Assembly (NCBI GenBank): GCA_963555755.3 | Contig: OY820905.2 | Span: 3,328,001 to 3,392,000 of the forward strand | DNA: 64,000 bases | Reading direction: 5' to 3' | Origin: Nitrospirales bacterium | Lineage (GTDB): Bacteria; Nitrospirota; Nitrospiria; Nitrospirales; UBA8639 | Part shown: positions 40,520 through 50,265 of the stretch, in pieces | How the letters are laid out: the number at the start of each line of letters is the position of its first letter | How positions within the stretch are numbered: position 1 is the first letter of the stretch | Notes under the pieces: model-generated | What the model was told of the DNA's origin: nothing | Database searches by the model: none | What the model saw: the letters and a program-made list of their open reading frames with translations, nothing else | Program-made: the position numbers and the translations under genes

Positions 40520-43213
40520 ATGGGACTAAAACTAGTCACAACACCAGATGTTGAAGCGGTGAAGATCGAGCTCAGCATTGATGGGGAAACAGTCACCGCG
40601 AACGAAGGTGTGTCGCTCTACGAGGTGATTTCGAGCACGGGCAAGATTATTCCGGCCATGTGCTATCACTATACCTTTGATCCCTTTGGTTCCTGCGGTA
40701 TGTGTTTAGTCCTGCAGGAAGGGAAAAAATCTCCGGTGCGGTCATGCACAGCCAAAGCAGCGGCTGGCATGGTTATTACCACGGAAGGGGATGACCTCTT
40801 TGCTGCCCGAAAGAAGGGCGTAGAAAAACACTTGTTGGTTCATCCATTGGATTGCCCTGTGTGTGATGCCGATGGGCATTGCGAATTACAAGACATGGCC
40901 TTCGAGCATCAGGTCACCGACCTGGCCAATGCCAAACAGAAAAATATCCCTGAAGACACAAGAAGCCTCGTTCTCGATTTCAATATGAATCGCTGCATCG
41001 TGTGTGGTGAGTGCATCAATATTTGCAAAGACGTTCAGCGCATTGATGCGCTGCAGTTTATAAAAAAGGATGGGTTTACCCAGGTCGTGGCCAAAGGGGA
41101 TCAAGCCCTCGATTGCGAATTTTGCGGGGATTGTTTAGCAGTCTGTCCTGTTGGCGCGATTACCAATAAATTTTCTAAATATGTGTACAAGCCATGGCAG
41201 CTCAGAAAGACGACGACGACCTGCAATTATTGTGGTGATGGTTGTCAGATGTATATCGAGACGAAAGATACGGAAGTCGTTCGTGTGACCTCGCCACTCT
41301 CATGGAAAAACAAATGGGGTGATCGGACCGATACGGACAATGGGCATGATGGGTTGTGTGTTCGTGGACGATTCGGGTTTCAATTCATCGATAGCAAAGA
41401 TCGGCTCAAGCAGCCGTTGATGCGCAAAGACAATGCCTTAGTTGATGCCCCATGGATCGAGGCATTGGATACGGCGGCTGAGCGATTGAAGGAGATTAAA
41501 GAAAAATATGCCCCTGATGCTATTGCCGGATTGATTACCGCGCGTTGTACGAATGAAGAACTCTATGTCTTTCAAAAATTCATGCGAACGGTGATCGGGA
41601 CGAATAACGTTGATAGCAGCGCTCGGTACGGACACGTGAATTTCGTACGAGCCGTTCATCATGCCTTAGGCATTCATCGGACGATGAACACGTCGGCGGA
41701 TATCACGAAAGCCACGGCCATTTTGGTGGTGGGATCCAACATCACGGAAACCAATCCTGTGGCCAGCCTGCGAATCAAAGCTGCGCTGGGGACCTATAAA
41801 GCCTCGGTGATTGTGGTGGATTCGATGCAGACGAATCTAGCCAAACTCGCATCCCACCCCATTATGGTCAGACCGGGGACAGAAGGCCTCTTGGTCAAAG
41901 GGTTAGTCAAGTCAGTCTTGGATCAAGACCTTGTGGATTCGGATGTGACCGCGCAGGCGCCTCCAGCGTTCGATGCGCTCAAACAGGCGGCGAATGCTAT
42001 CTCCCTCGAGGCCGTCGCCCAGCAGACGGGCATTGCGGTGGAGCAGATCAATGAAATTGCCAAGATTTTTGCCGAAGCGTCTCGCTCTATCATTCTGTGC
42101 GGCGAAGGAATCGTTCGACAGCATGATGGCTACAATAATGTGTTGAATCTAGTGGACTTGGCTTGGATCACCGGAAAATTAAATGCTGAGGGATCGGGCA
42201 TCAATACGGTTGTGGAAGAAGGCAATGAGCAGGGAGCCTTAGATATGGGGGTGGCCCCGGAATTCCTTCCTGGTCCCATGGCTTTTGATGATACAACGGC
42301 CCAGGAAAAATTCTCTCAAGCTTGGGGTGGGGCATTGCCAGCGTCTCACCATGGCTCGACCCTCATGGATATTTTGCAGGGTTGCCGTGATGGAAAAATT
42401 AAGGCCTTGTATGTCGTTGGAGAAAATCCGTTGGCCACGCTTCCGAAGTCTTATGGTGTTGACGAAGCCTTAGGACAGTTAGAATTGTTGATCTGCCAAG
42501 ATCCGTTCCTCACCGAAACCGCGCAACAGGCGCATATCGTGTTCCCGGCCTGCACCTTTGCGGAAAAGGACGGCACCGTGACCAATCAAGAAGGGAAGGT
42601 GCAGTTTGTCAGGCCGGCGCTCGATCCTCTGGGTGAGAGTGCTTTGGACTGGCATATCATCGTCGGCATCGCCGATAGCATGGGGCATATGATGCCGTAT
42701 GAAAATACGCAGGATATTCAGGATGAAATTCGCAAGCTTCTTCCCGGGTATTACAATCTTGGCCAACCCAAGAAAGTTGAGGCCAATCCAACTGCGTATT
42801 TGAATAATGGATTCGCGAATGAGGCGACTGGCCGCTATGCAAGTTCGGGAAATGCCCTAAACCAGGCCCGGCCGGTTGGCTTAAAACTCATTCAGCTACT
42901 TTACCATTCCGGAAAACTCTCCACGAAAGCATCGGGCCTAATGGATATCTCTCCAAACACCAAATGTTTGCGCATGGCGCCTGAGGAACTTGAACGGTTG
43001 GGGTTAACAGAGGGAGGGCGTGTTCGAGTCACGTCTGACCACGGCCAAGTGGAATTGGGTGTTGAAGCTGATCTTGCGGTGTTGCCGGGTACCTGTGTGT
43101 TCCCGGAGCATTTCACCGATCCTCCGGTCAAAGATTTGATGTTGGTTGAACTCGATCAAGTGACCCGGGTGCCCTATTTTAAATTGGCTCAGGTTTCCAT
43201 CGATAAAGTTTAA
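40520..43213 (+). CDS. nuoG: NuoG-like Fe-S subunit (FdhF-like fold, no Mo ligand)
   Basis: 2Fe-2S motif, HPLDCPVC, two CxxCxxCxxxC, CNYCGDGC; NNVDSSARYGH lacks the Cys/Sec. Confidence 0.8.
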   Translation: MGLKLVTTPDVEAVKIELSIDGETVTANEGVSLYEVISSTGKIIPAMCYHYTFDPFGSCGMCLVLQEGKKSPVRSCTAKAAAGMVITTEGDDLFAARKKGVEKHLLVHPLDCPVCDADGHCELQDMAFEHQVTDLANAKQKNIPEDTRSLVLDFNMNRCIVCGECINICKDVQRIDALQFIKKDGFTQVVAKGDQALDCEFCGDCLAVCPVGAITNKFSKYVYKPWQLRKTTTTCNYCGDGCQMYIETKDTEVVRVTSPLSWKNKWGDRTDTDNGHDGLCVRGRFGFQFIDSKDRLKQPLMRKDNALVDAPWIEALDTAAERLKEIKEKYAPDAIAGLITARCTNEELYVFQKFMRTVIGTNNVDSSARYGHVNFVRAVHHALGIHRTMNTSADITKATAILVVGSNITETNPVASLRIKAALGTYKASVIVVDSMQTNLAKLASHPIMVRPGTEGLLVKGLVKSVLDQDLVDSDVTAQAPPAFDALKQAANAISLEAVAQQTGIAVEQINEIAKIFAEASRSIILCGEGIVRQHDGYNNVLNLVDLAWITGKLNAEGSGINTVVEEGNEQGALDMGVAPEFLPGPMAFDDTTAQEKFSQAWGGALPASHHGSTLMDILQGCRDGKIKALYVVGENPLATLPKSYGVDEALGQLELLICQDPFLTETAQQAHIVFPACTFAEKDGTVTNQEGKVQFVRPALDPLGESALDWHIIVGIADSMGHMMPYENTQDIQDEIRKLLPGYYNLGQPKKVEANPTAYLNNGFANEATGRYASSGNALNQARPVGLKLIQLLYHSGKLSTKASGLMDISPNTKCLRMAPEELERLGLTEGGRVRVTSDHGQVELGVEADLAVLPGTCVFPEHFTDPPVKDLMLVELDQVTRVPYFKLAQVSIDKV

Positions 43214-43229
43214 GGAGCAGGTTCTTTCT

Positions 43230-43805
43230 ATGGATTCAGGCAACACGACCAAAAAAATCTTTGACGCGGTCTTATTCCGGGAAATCTGGACGGCCATGAA
43301 GGTGACGTTTAAGCATATGTTTCATCGTCCCATCACGTTTGAATACCCTCGTGAAAAGCGAATAATTCCCGATGCCCACCGAGGAGCGCTGGGGCTCTTA
43401 CGATACGATAATGGGGTGGAGCGGTGTGTCGGCTGCGATTTATGTGAGGTGGCTTGCCCTTCTCACTGCATCAAGGTGATTAGTGAGGAAGATAAGTCCA
43501 TGCCGCTCCAAAGAATTGCGACGGAGTTTTATATTGACATCACCAAATGCGTGTTTTGTGGATATTGTGTGGAAGCCTGCCCGGTCAATGCACTCGCCAT
43601 GACCAAAATGTATGAGTATTCAACCCATGACAAGCGAACGCTCATGTTCGACAAAAAGCGGCTCTATGAAATTGGCGACATCCATATAGAAGATGCCAAA
43701 AAATATTTATATGCCCATAACCAAGAAAAGGACGATCAGGAGAGCCGCGCCTACCGCTATCAATTCCCGCAACCTGTAGGAAAAGCTGAAGCTTCTGACT
43801 CTTAA
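43230..43805 (+). CDS. nuoI: NADH-quinone oxidoreductase subunit I
   Basis: CVGCDLCEVACP and CVFCGYCVEACP. Confidence 0.96.
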   Translation: MDSGNTTKKIFDAVLFREIWTAMKVTFKHMFHRPITFEYPREKRIIPDAHRGALGLLRYDNGVERCVGCDLCEVACPSHCIKVISEEDKSMPLQRIATEFYIDITKCVFCGYCVEACPVNALAMTKMYEYSTHDKRTLMFDKKRLYEIGDIHIEDAKKYLYAHNQEKDDQESRAYRYQFPQPVGKAEASDS

Positions 43806-43814
43806 CACTTCACG

Positions 43815-44345
43815 ATGATCTATTTATTGTTCGGGTACTTCGCGACGGTGAGCATCGTGGCCGGTGTCTTCACGATCGCGTTGAAAAATCCTGTTCATTG
43901 CGGCATGAGTCTGTTGACGTTGCTTCTGCACGTCGCGGGGTTGTTCGTCCTGCTCAATGCGGAATTCTTGTTTGCCGTACAGATCATTGTCTATGCGGGA
44001 GCCATTTTGATTCTGTATTTGTTTGTCTTGATGCTATTGAACCTCAAAACTGAAGAGCAATTTCTTCATAAAAAATATCCATTCGCCCTGTTTGCCGGGA
44101 TCGCCATTCTTGGGGAACTTCTTATTCTGATTTTCCAAACGCCCTATAGTGGAGTGAAGGGGAAGGCCACGACGGAGGTCATTTTAACCACCGGACCGAG
44201 TCATGCGATTGGCCTGGTCATGTTTAGCGATTATTTGCTGTTGTTCGAGATTGTCGGAGTGTTTCTCTTGGGAGCCGTGATTGGTGCGATCGTGTTAGCC
44301 AAGACACCATCGTCGCCGGTGCCGAAGGCGGATGGATCTAATTAA
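43815..44345 (+). CDS. nuoJ: NADH-quinone oxidoreductase subunit J
   Basis: NPVH, QIIVYAGAI..LYLFVLM, FEIVG. Confidence 0.95.
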   Translation: MIYLLFGYFATVSIVAGVFTIALKNPVHCGMSLLTLLLHVAGLFVLLNAEFLFAVQIIVYAGAILILYLFVLMLLNLKTEEQFLHKKYPFALFAGIAILGELLILIFQTPYSGVKGKATTEVILTTGPSHAIGLVMFSDYLLLFEIVGVFLLGAVIGAIVLAKTPSSPVPKADGSN

Positions 44346-44369
44346 CGTCGCGGGGTTTACCATTACACC

Positions 44370-44672
44370 ATGATTCCTCTTTCTGCATATGTGGGGTTGA
44401 GTGCAATTCTGTTTATGACAGGACTCATTGGAGTGCTGATTCGTCGGAACTTCATCATTATCTTGATGTCCGTGGAGATTATGCTCAATGCCGCCAATAT
44501 CAATCTCGTGGCGTTTTCCCATTACTTGGATTCGATGGCTGGGCAAGTAGCAGCCCTATTTGTCATTGCCATTGCCGCCGGAGAAGCGGCCATAGGCTTG
44601 GCCATCATCATCGTGGTGTTCCGTGGAAAAATTGCGACCAATGTGGATCAGATCAATTTGTTGAAATGGTAA
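44370..44672 (+). CDS. nuoK: NADH-quinone oxidoreductase subunit K
   Basis: RRN..LMSVEIMLNA, AAGEAAIGLA. Confidence 0.96.
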   Translation: MIPLSAYVGLSAILFMTGLIGVLIRRNFIIILMSVEIMLNAANINLVAFSHYLDSMAGQVAALFVIAIAAGEAAIGLAIIIVVFRGKIATNVDQINLLKW

Positions 44673-44673
44673 C

Positions 44674-46665
44674 GTGTCAGATCTTCTCGTAATTCTTATC
44701 CCAGTCTTTCCGCTCATTGCCGTCCTGGTGAATGGGCTCGTCGGTCATCGATATTCTCATGACCTAGCTGGCCGTATTGCCTTAGGATCTGTGGGTTTAT
44801 CCTTCCTCTGTTCACTCAATGTTCTCGTGGGTGTCATGTCCGATCCGACCCCTCGCGAAGTCATTGCCTACTCTTGGATCTTTGGGGGTGACCTCAACAT
44901 CAATCTCGGATTCCTGATCGATCCGTTAACCGCTATCATGTTGATGGTAGTGACAGGAGTTGGATTTCTGATTCATGTGTACTCGGTTGGGTATATGCAT
45001 GGCGAAGAAGGGTTTACCCGTTTCTTCGTGTATATGAATTTGTTCATGGTCTCGATGCTCCTGCTGGTGATGGGCAACAACTATTTGGTGCTCTTCATCG
45101 GGTGGGAGGGTGTCGGACTGTGCTCCTATCTGTTGATCGGGTACTACTTCACCAAAGTGTCGGCGTCGAAAGCGGCCACCAAGGCCTTTGTGGTCAATCG
45201 CATTGGTGATGCCGGGTTCCTTCTGGCTATCTTCTTAATCTTCGTGAATTTTAAGACATTGGATTACACCAAAGTATTTGCCAATGCGGACCAACTCTCT
45301 ACAGAAATGGCCACGGCGATCGCCCTGTGCTTGTTAGTCGGAGCCATAGGAAAGTCGGCGCAACTGCCTCTGTTCACGTGGTTGCCTGATGCCATGGAAG
45401 GTCCCACGCCGGTGAGTGCCCTGATTCATGCGGCCACTATGGTAACGGCTGGTGTCTACATGGTGGTTCGAAACCACGTGTTATTCGATATGGCGCCGGT
45501 GGCTATGGCCACGGTGGGCCTCGTTGGAGGCATCACCGCGTTATTTGCCGCCACGATTGGACTAGTTCAGAACGACATCAAGCGTGTGTTGGCCTACTCA
45601 ACCGTCAGTCAGTTGGGCTACATGTTTTTGGCCTGTGGGGTAGGTGCGTATACTGCCGCCATCTTTCATCTGGTCACCCATGCGTTTTTCAAGGCGCTCC
45701 TCTTCCTGACTGCCGGGGCGGTGATTCATTCGCTGAATGGCGAGCAAGACATTCGGAAGATGGGCGGGCTCTCTAAAAGGATTCCGATTACGCATACGGT
45801 GTTTCTCATCGGCACCCTGGCCATTGCGGGGATTCCGCCGTTGGCCGGATTCTGGAGTAAAGATGAGATCATGGCGCATGCGTTTCTTCAGGGAGATTTT
45901 TTGGGATACGTGTTGTACGCTTTTGCGGCCATTGGCGCATTTTTGACGTCTTTTTACATGTTCCGTCTCATGTATCTTACGTTTTACGGGCAGTCGCGAG
46001 TTGATCCTGAAGTCGATCATCATATCCATGAATCGCCGCCGGTGATGACGGTGCCGCTTATGGTGTTGGCTGGCCTCGCGATTGTTGGTGGTTTTTTAGG
46101 TGTTCCGCCCGAGCATGGATGGTTCCATGGATTTTTATCGACTGTGGCAACACCGCTTGGCGCAGTGCCTCATGAAGTGAGTACGGGGACGTTGATCGGT
46201 TTAATGGCTGTGGCCATTAGTATTGCGCTGGGTGGTTGGGGATTGGCGCACTATATGTATTCCGTGAACACGACGTTGGCAGAAGAGTGGTCGGAACGAT
46301 TCGCTGGGGCCTATCGCACCGTGTTGAATAAATACTATGTGGATGAAATTTACGATGCGATCATTGTTGAACCGTGTAAACGTCTTGGCCAAATATGGGA
46401 TTGGGTCGATCAGAATATTATCGATCGCTTCATTCGCGGGATAGGTCACGGAGCCGATGTCAGTGGGGCCGGGGTCACGTGGACGGAGAAACACGTGATT
46501 TATGCGGGTCTCAATGTGATTGGGTTCGCCAATCATTTTGCGGCCCGGTCGTGGCGGAAAATGCAAACGGGTCTGGTGAATCATTACGCTGCGGTGTTTG
46601 TGATTGGACTGTTTATTCTTGTGCATTTAATTATTGTGTGGCTGACCGGAACATCGTTCTTATAA
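44674..46665 (+). CDS. nuoL: NADH-quinone oxidoreductase subunit L (extended lateral helix)
   Basis: GKSAQLPL..WLPDAMEGPTPVSALIHAATMV, HAFFKALLF; 663 aa. Confidence 0.96.
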   Translation: MSDLLVILIPVFPLIAVLVNGLVGHRYSHDLAGRIALGSVGLSFLCSLNVLVGVMSDPTPREVIAYSWIFGGDLNINLGFLIDPLTAIMLMVVTGVGFLIHVYSVGYMHGEEGFTRFFVYMNLFMVSMLLLVMGNNYLVLFIGWEGVGLCSYLLIGYYFTKVSASKAATKAFVVNRIGDAGFLLAIFLIFVNFKTLDYTKVFANADQLSTEMATAIALCLLVGAIGKSAQLPLFTWLPDAMEGPTPVSALIHAATMVTAGVYMVVRNHVLFDMAPVAMATVGLVGGITALFAATIGLVQNDIKRVLAYSTVSQLGYMFLACGVGAYTAAIFHLVTHAFFKALLFLTAGAVIHSLNGEQDIRKMGGLSKRIPITHTVFLIGTLAIAGIPPLAGFWSKDEIMAHAFLQGDFLGYVLYAFAAIGAFLTSFYMFRLMYLTFYGQSRVDPEVDHHIHESPPVMTVPLMVLAGLAIVGGFLGVPPEHGWFHGFLSTVATPLGAVPHEVSTGTLIGLMAVAISIALGGWGLAHYMYSVNTTLAEEWSERFAGAYRTVLNKYYVDEIYDAIIVEPCKRLGQIWDWVDQNIIDRFIRGIGHGADVSGAGVTWTEKHVIYAGLNVIGFANHFAARSWRKMQTGLVNHYAAVFVIGLFILVHLIIVWLTGTSFL

Positions 46666-46671
46666 GGGGAA

Positions 46672-46767
46672 GTGAAGCGTGATCCGTAAAGCGTTATGCG
46701 GGAGTAAAGATTGCGGCGAATTTTAAACGTGACCCCATTCTTTTCATATCACGCATTACTCATTACG
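46672..46767. repeat. Inverted heptamer cassette at nuoL-nuoM junction
   Basis: GTGAAG CGTGATC CGTAAAG CGTTATG CG ... ATCACGC ATTACTC ATTACG. Confidence 0.75.
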
Positions 46768-46848
46768 ATCTTTTAAGCCAATGGCAAATAGAGCAATACT
46801 GAATAAATCAAATGGACGTTTTAAATAGAAATACAGCAGGCAGCATTC

Positions 46849-48420
46849 ATGCTTGAAGAACTGCAATTTGGATTTCCCCTACTATCGGTCCTGATTTTCT
46901 TGCCGTTCGTCGGAGCGCTCTTGCTGTGGACGCAGAAGGATCCGGATCTTCTCAAGAAGTCGGCCCTCGGGATCGCCGTACTTGAGCTCATCCTAGCTGC
47001 GTTGCTTTTATGGCGATTCATTCCCGATTCTGCCGCCATGCAATTCAGTGAACGGCATGAATGGATTCCTCCACTGGGAATTTCCTATCACCTCGCCGTC
47101 GATGGCATTAGTATTTTGTTCGTCGGTCTGACGGCCTTTCTCACCGTTCTGATTGTGCTCTATTCCTGGGATGCGGTGTCCCAGAATCTCAAAACCTATT
47201 TCATGAGCATCCTGGTCTTGGAAACGATGATCATGGGCATTTTCGTGTCCATCGATTTAATCCTGTTCTTCGTCTTCTGGGAACTGATGCTGATTCCCAG
47301 CTACTTCCTCATCAAAATGTGGGGGGTGGGAGAAGAGAGGGAGTATGCCGCGTTAAAGTATGTCCTCTACACGTTGTTGGGCAGCGTCTTTATGTTGGTG
47401 GGGTTCGCGCTGCTGAGCTTGAATTATCATGATATCACGAATACGTATAGTTTCGACTTCCTCGAATTGCTGACGGTTCCCGTGCCGGTCGGACAACAGT
47501 TTCTAATTTTTTGGTTCATCTTCATGGGGCTGGCCTTTAAGGCTCCGATATTTCCTTTTCACACCTGGTTGCCGGATGCACTTGTTCAAGGGCCCATCGG
47601 CATGTCGGTAGTATTGGCGGGCGTCAAACTGGGAACGTATGGATTCCTACGCTTCAGTTTTCCGTTGCTCCCTGAAGCCTCCACGAATGAAACAGTGGTT
47701 GTGATACTCATGGTCCTCGGCCTTTCTGCAATTGTGTATGGCGCGATCATTGCGATTGTGCAGGCCGACTTTCGCCGTCTCTTGGTCTATAGCAGCATTA
47801 GCCATTTAGGCTTCATCGTGATCGGTCTGTTTGCGCTGAACTTTCAAGGCATTCAAGGCAGCTTGTTGCAGATGATCAACTTGGGCTTTACGACCGCTGG
47901 CCTCTTTTTCATAGCAGGCTTTCTGTATGACCGAACGGGAAATACCCTTGTGGATCAAGCCGGAGGCATTGCGGCCAAGATGCCCTTGTTCGCGACGTTC
48001 TTTCTCATCATTGGCATGGCGTCAATTGGGTTGCCCGGAACGAATGGGTTTATTGGAGAGTTTCTAATTCTGCTTGGCGCCTTTCAAGCGCATTGGGTCT
48101 ATGGGACTGTGGCGGTATCCGGTGTGATTTTCGCGGCAGCGTATTTCCTGTGGTATTACGAACGAGCGATCTTTGGTCCGTTGGGAGAAAAAGTGCCGCA
48201 AGTGCTACAAGATTTAACTCAACGCGAGACCATTATTGCGGTGTCGCTGTGCGTCATGATTTTTTGGATCGGCTTGTATCCGTCACCATTTTTGCGAATG
48301 ATCAATGGCTCGGTGCAAGCGGTCGTCGATAGATTAGAGCGAGGTTCCGTGGCAAGTATTGAGTTCGACAAACGATTCGCGATGGATTCTCCGAATACAC
48401 GCCTTCTGGTGAAAGAATAG
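46849..48420 (+). CDS. nuoM: NADH-quinone oxidoreductase subunit M (copy 1)
   Basis: FWELMLIP, KAPIFPFHTWLPDA, KLGTYG, YSSISH, GLPGTNGFIGE. Confidence 0.95.
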   Translation: MLEELQFGFPLLSVLIFLPFVGALLLWTQKDPDLLKKSALGIAVLELILAALLLWRFIPDSAAMQFSERHEWIPPLGISYHLAVDGISILFVGLTAFLTVLIVLYSWDAVSQNLKTYFMSILVLETMIMGIFVSIDLILFFVFWELMLIPSYFLIKMWGVGEEREYAALKYVLYTLLGSVFMLVGFALLSLNYHDITNTYSFDFLELLTVPVPVGQQFLIFWFIFMGLAFKAPIFPFHTWLPDALVQGPIGMSVVLAGVKLGTYGFLRFSFPLLPEASTNETVVVILMVLGLSAIVYGAIIAIVQADFRRLLVYSSISHLGFIVIGLFALNFQGIQGSLLQMINLGFTTAGLFFIAGFLYDRTGNTLVDQAGGIAAKMPLFATFFLIIGMASIGLPGTNGFIGEFLILLGAFQAHWVYGTVAVSGVIFAAAYFLWYYERAIFGPLGEKVPQVLQDLTQRETIIAVSLCVMIFWIGLYPSPFLRMINGSVQAVVDRLERGSVASIEFDKRFAMDSPNTRLLVKE

Positions 48421-48425
48421 TTTTC

Positions 48426-50021
48426 ATGGGTTCTTTAGCCTTACTCACAGTATTGTTTTCGCCATTTTTTGGCGCCATTGCGTTGATCTTTGTCCCGAAT
48501 CGGGAAGCCCTCATGGTGCGCATGGTGGCTGCGGCGTCTGCTGGCCTTTCCCTCTTGGCCTCGTTGTATGTGTTTATGGCCTACGACCCGAATGTCGGCG
48601 GGTTTCAGTTTAAGACCCATTGGCCGTGGTCTGAGGAACTAGGCATTGCCTTTTATATTGGCGTGGATGGCATTGGGGCGCCCTTGGTTTTTGCCTCGGC
48701 GCTCTTACTCTTCGCGGGTATTTTTGTTTCGTGGCATATCAAAGATCGAACCAAAGAATTTTATATCTTTTTGTTGATCCTCGCAGCGGCGACCATTGGG
48801 GTCTTCATGTCGCTGGACCTGTTCTTCCTCTACTTCTTCTATGAAATGTCCGTGCTGCCTATGTACTTGCTGTTGGGGGTGTGGGGCAGTCACACCAAGG
48901 GCTACTTGGGCATGACGGATGCAGAAGGCTTGAAGCTGAGGGATTCCACCAAATTCTTTTTAAACTTTGGGTCGAACAGCAAAGAATACGCGGCCATGAA
49001 GCTGACGCTGTTCTTGTCGGCAGGTGCCGTGTTCGCACTCATGGGCATCCTCTTGATTTACCATTTCTCGCCCGTGCATACGTTCAACATTTTGGTGCTG
49101 CGAGAGCAGGCAAAATTTGATGGCCTGTTGGGCAACATTATTTGGCTACTCATCTTTTTTGGATTTGCCTCGATCGCGCCGATTTGGCCGTTGCATTCCT
49201 GGTCGCCCGTCGGCCATGCCGCGGCGCCTGCTGCGACAAGCATGTTGCATGCCGGCGTGCTGATGAAGCTGGGCCACTTCTCCATTATCCGTGTAGCCTT
49301 TGAAATAATGCCGGAGATCACACGCGAACTCATGCCCATTGCGGCGGTCCTGTGTGTCTTCAGTATTCTCTATGGCGGTTTTGTGTCCTATTATGCCAAG
49401 GACACCAAATACGTCATTGGGTATTCCAGTTCGAGCCACATGGGCTACATTTTTTTAGGCATGGCAGCGTTGGACTACATCAGTTTGACCGGGGCGGTCA
49501 TTTATATGTTTGCCCATGCCCTGGCCACGGGAATGCTCTTCGCCATGGCGGGATGGATCTATGACCAAACGCACTCGCGTGACATCCCGTCATTAGGAGG
49601 GTTGGCACAGAAGATGCCCTTCCTTGCCGGTGCGTTTCTTGTGGCCTGTATGGCCTCAGTCGGCATGCCCGGCACCATAAATTTTATCGCCGAAGTGATG
49701 ATTATCGTGGGCAGTTGGGAGAAATATCCCTTCCAAGTCATCGTCGCGGTGTTGGGAATTGTGCTGACCCTCGCCTATTTGTTCAAAATGATGCGGGGCC
49801 TCTTCTACGGAAAGCTGTCACCGGAATTTGAGCATGTGAGTGATACCTCGCAATGGGTGGATCGAATGCCACTGCTGCTGATGATCACCGCCAGTATTTT
49901 CTTTGGCATTTTCCCGATGCACTTTTATCACGTGGTCCGGTCAACGGTAGAACCCATGCTAGATCGAATCAACCAAGTGGCGCCGGCGATTGCGCAGAAT
50001 ACAGCGGGGATTTTTCCGTAA
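48426..50021 (+). CDS. nuoM: NADH-quinone oxidoreductase subunit M (copy 2, divergent)
   Basis: FFYEMSVLP, WPLHSWSP, MKLG, YSSSSHMG, GMPGTINFIAE. Confidence 0.9.
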   Translation: MGSLALLTVLFSPFFGAIALIFVPNREALMVRMVAAASAGLSLLASLYVFMAYDPNVGGFQFKTHWPWSEELGIAFYIGVDGIGAPLVFASALLLFAGIFVSWHIKDRTKEFYIFLLILAAATIGVFMSLDLFFLYFFYEMSVLPMYLLLGVWGSHTKGYLGMTDAEGLKLRDSTKFFLNFGSNSKEYAAMKLTLFLSAGAVFALMGILLIYHFSPVHTFNILVLREQAKFDGLLGNIIWLLIFFGFASIAPIWPLHSWSPVGHAAAPAATSMLHAGVLMKLGHFSIIRVAFEIMPEITRELMPIAAVLCVFSILYGGFVSYYAKDTKYVIGYSSSSHMGYIFLGMAALDYISLTGAVIYMFAHALATGMLFAMAGWIYDQTHSRDIPSLGGLAQKMPFLAGAFLVACMASVGMPGTINFIAEVMIIVGSWEKYPFQVIVAVLGIVLTLAYLFKMMRGLFYGKLSPEFEHVSDTSQWVDRMPLLLMITASIFFGIFPMHFYHVVRSTVEPMLDRINQVAPAIAQNTAGIFP

Positions 50022-50099
50022 ACCAAAAACGCAACGGGAGAAAAATGATAGACCTTTTAGCTTGTATTTCCTGCACCTTGCGACGTGGTGACCATTCAG

Positions 50100-50205
50100 T
50101 CCCCCCTTTGGAAAAGGGGGTTAGGGGGATTTATAGTTTTTTAACTTTCAACTAGTACATCCCAAACCTCCCTCGCCCCTGAGGGGAGAGGGTTGGGGTG
50201 AGGGG
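50100..50205. repeat. Two short REP-like hairpins (CCCCCCTTT-N-AAAGGGGG and CCCTCGCCC-N-GGGAGAGGG types)
   Basis: Related copies at 39075-39110 and, inverted, at 52253-52288. Confidence 0.7.
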
Positions 50206-50265
50206 TTAGCCCATGAGGAAGTTAAAATACCCTACTCACAAAAACTACGATTAACTGAATTTCTT

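Noticed and set aside
40520..43213. Formate dehydrogenase alpha subunit
   Set aside because: No Cys/Sec Mo ligand and embedded in the nuo operon
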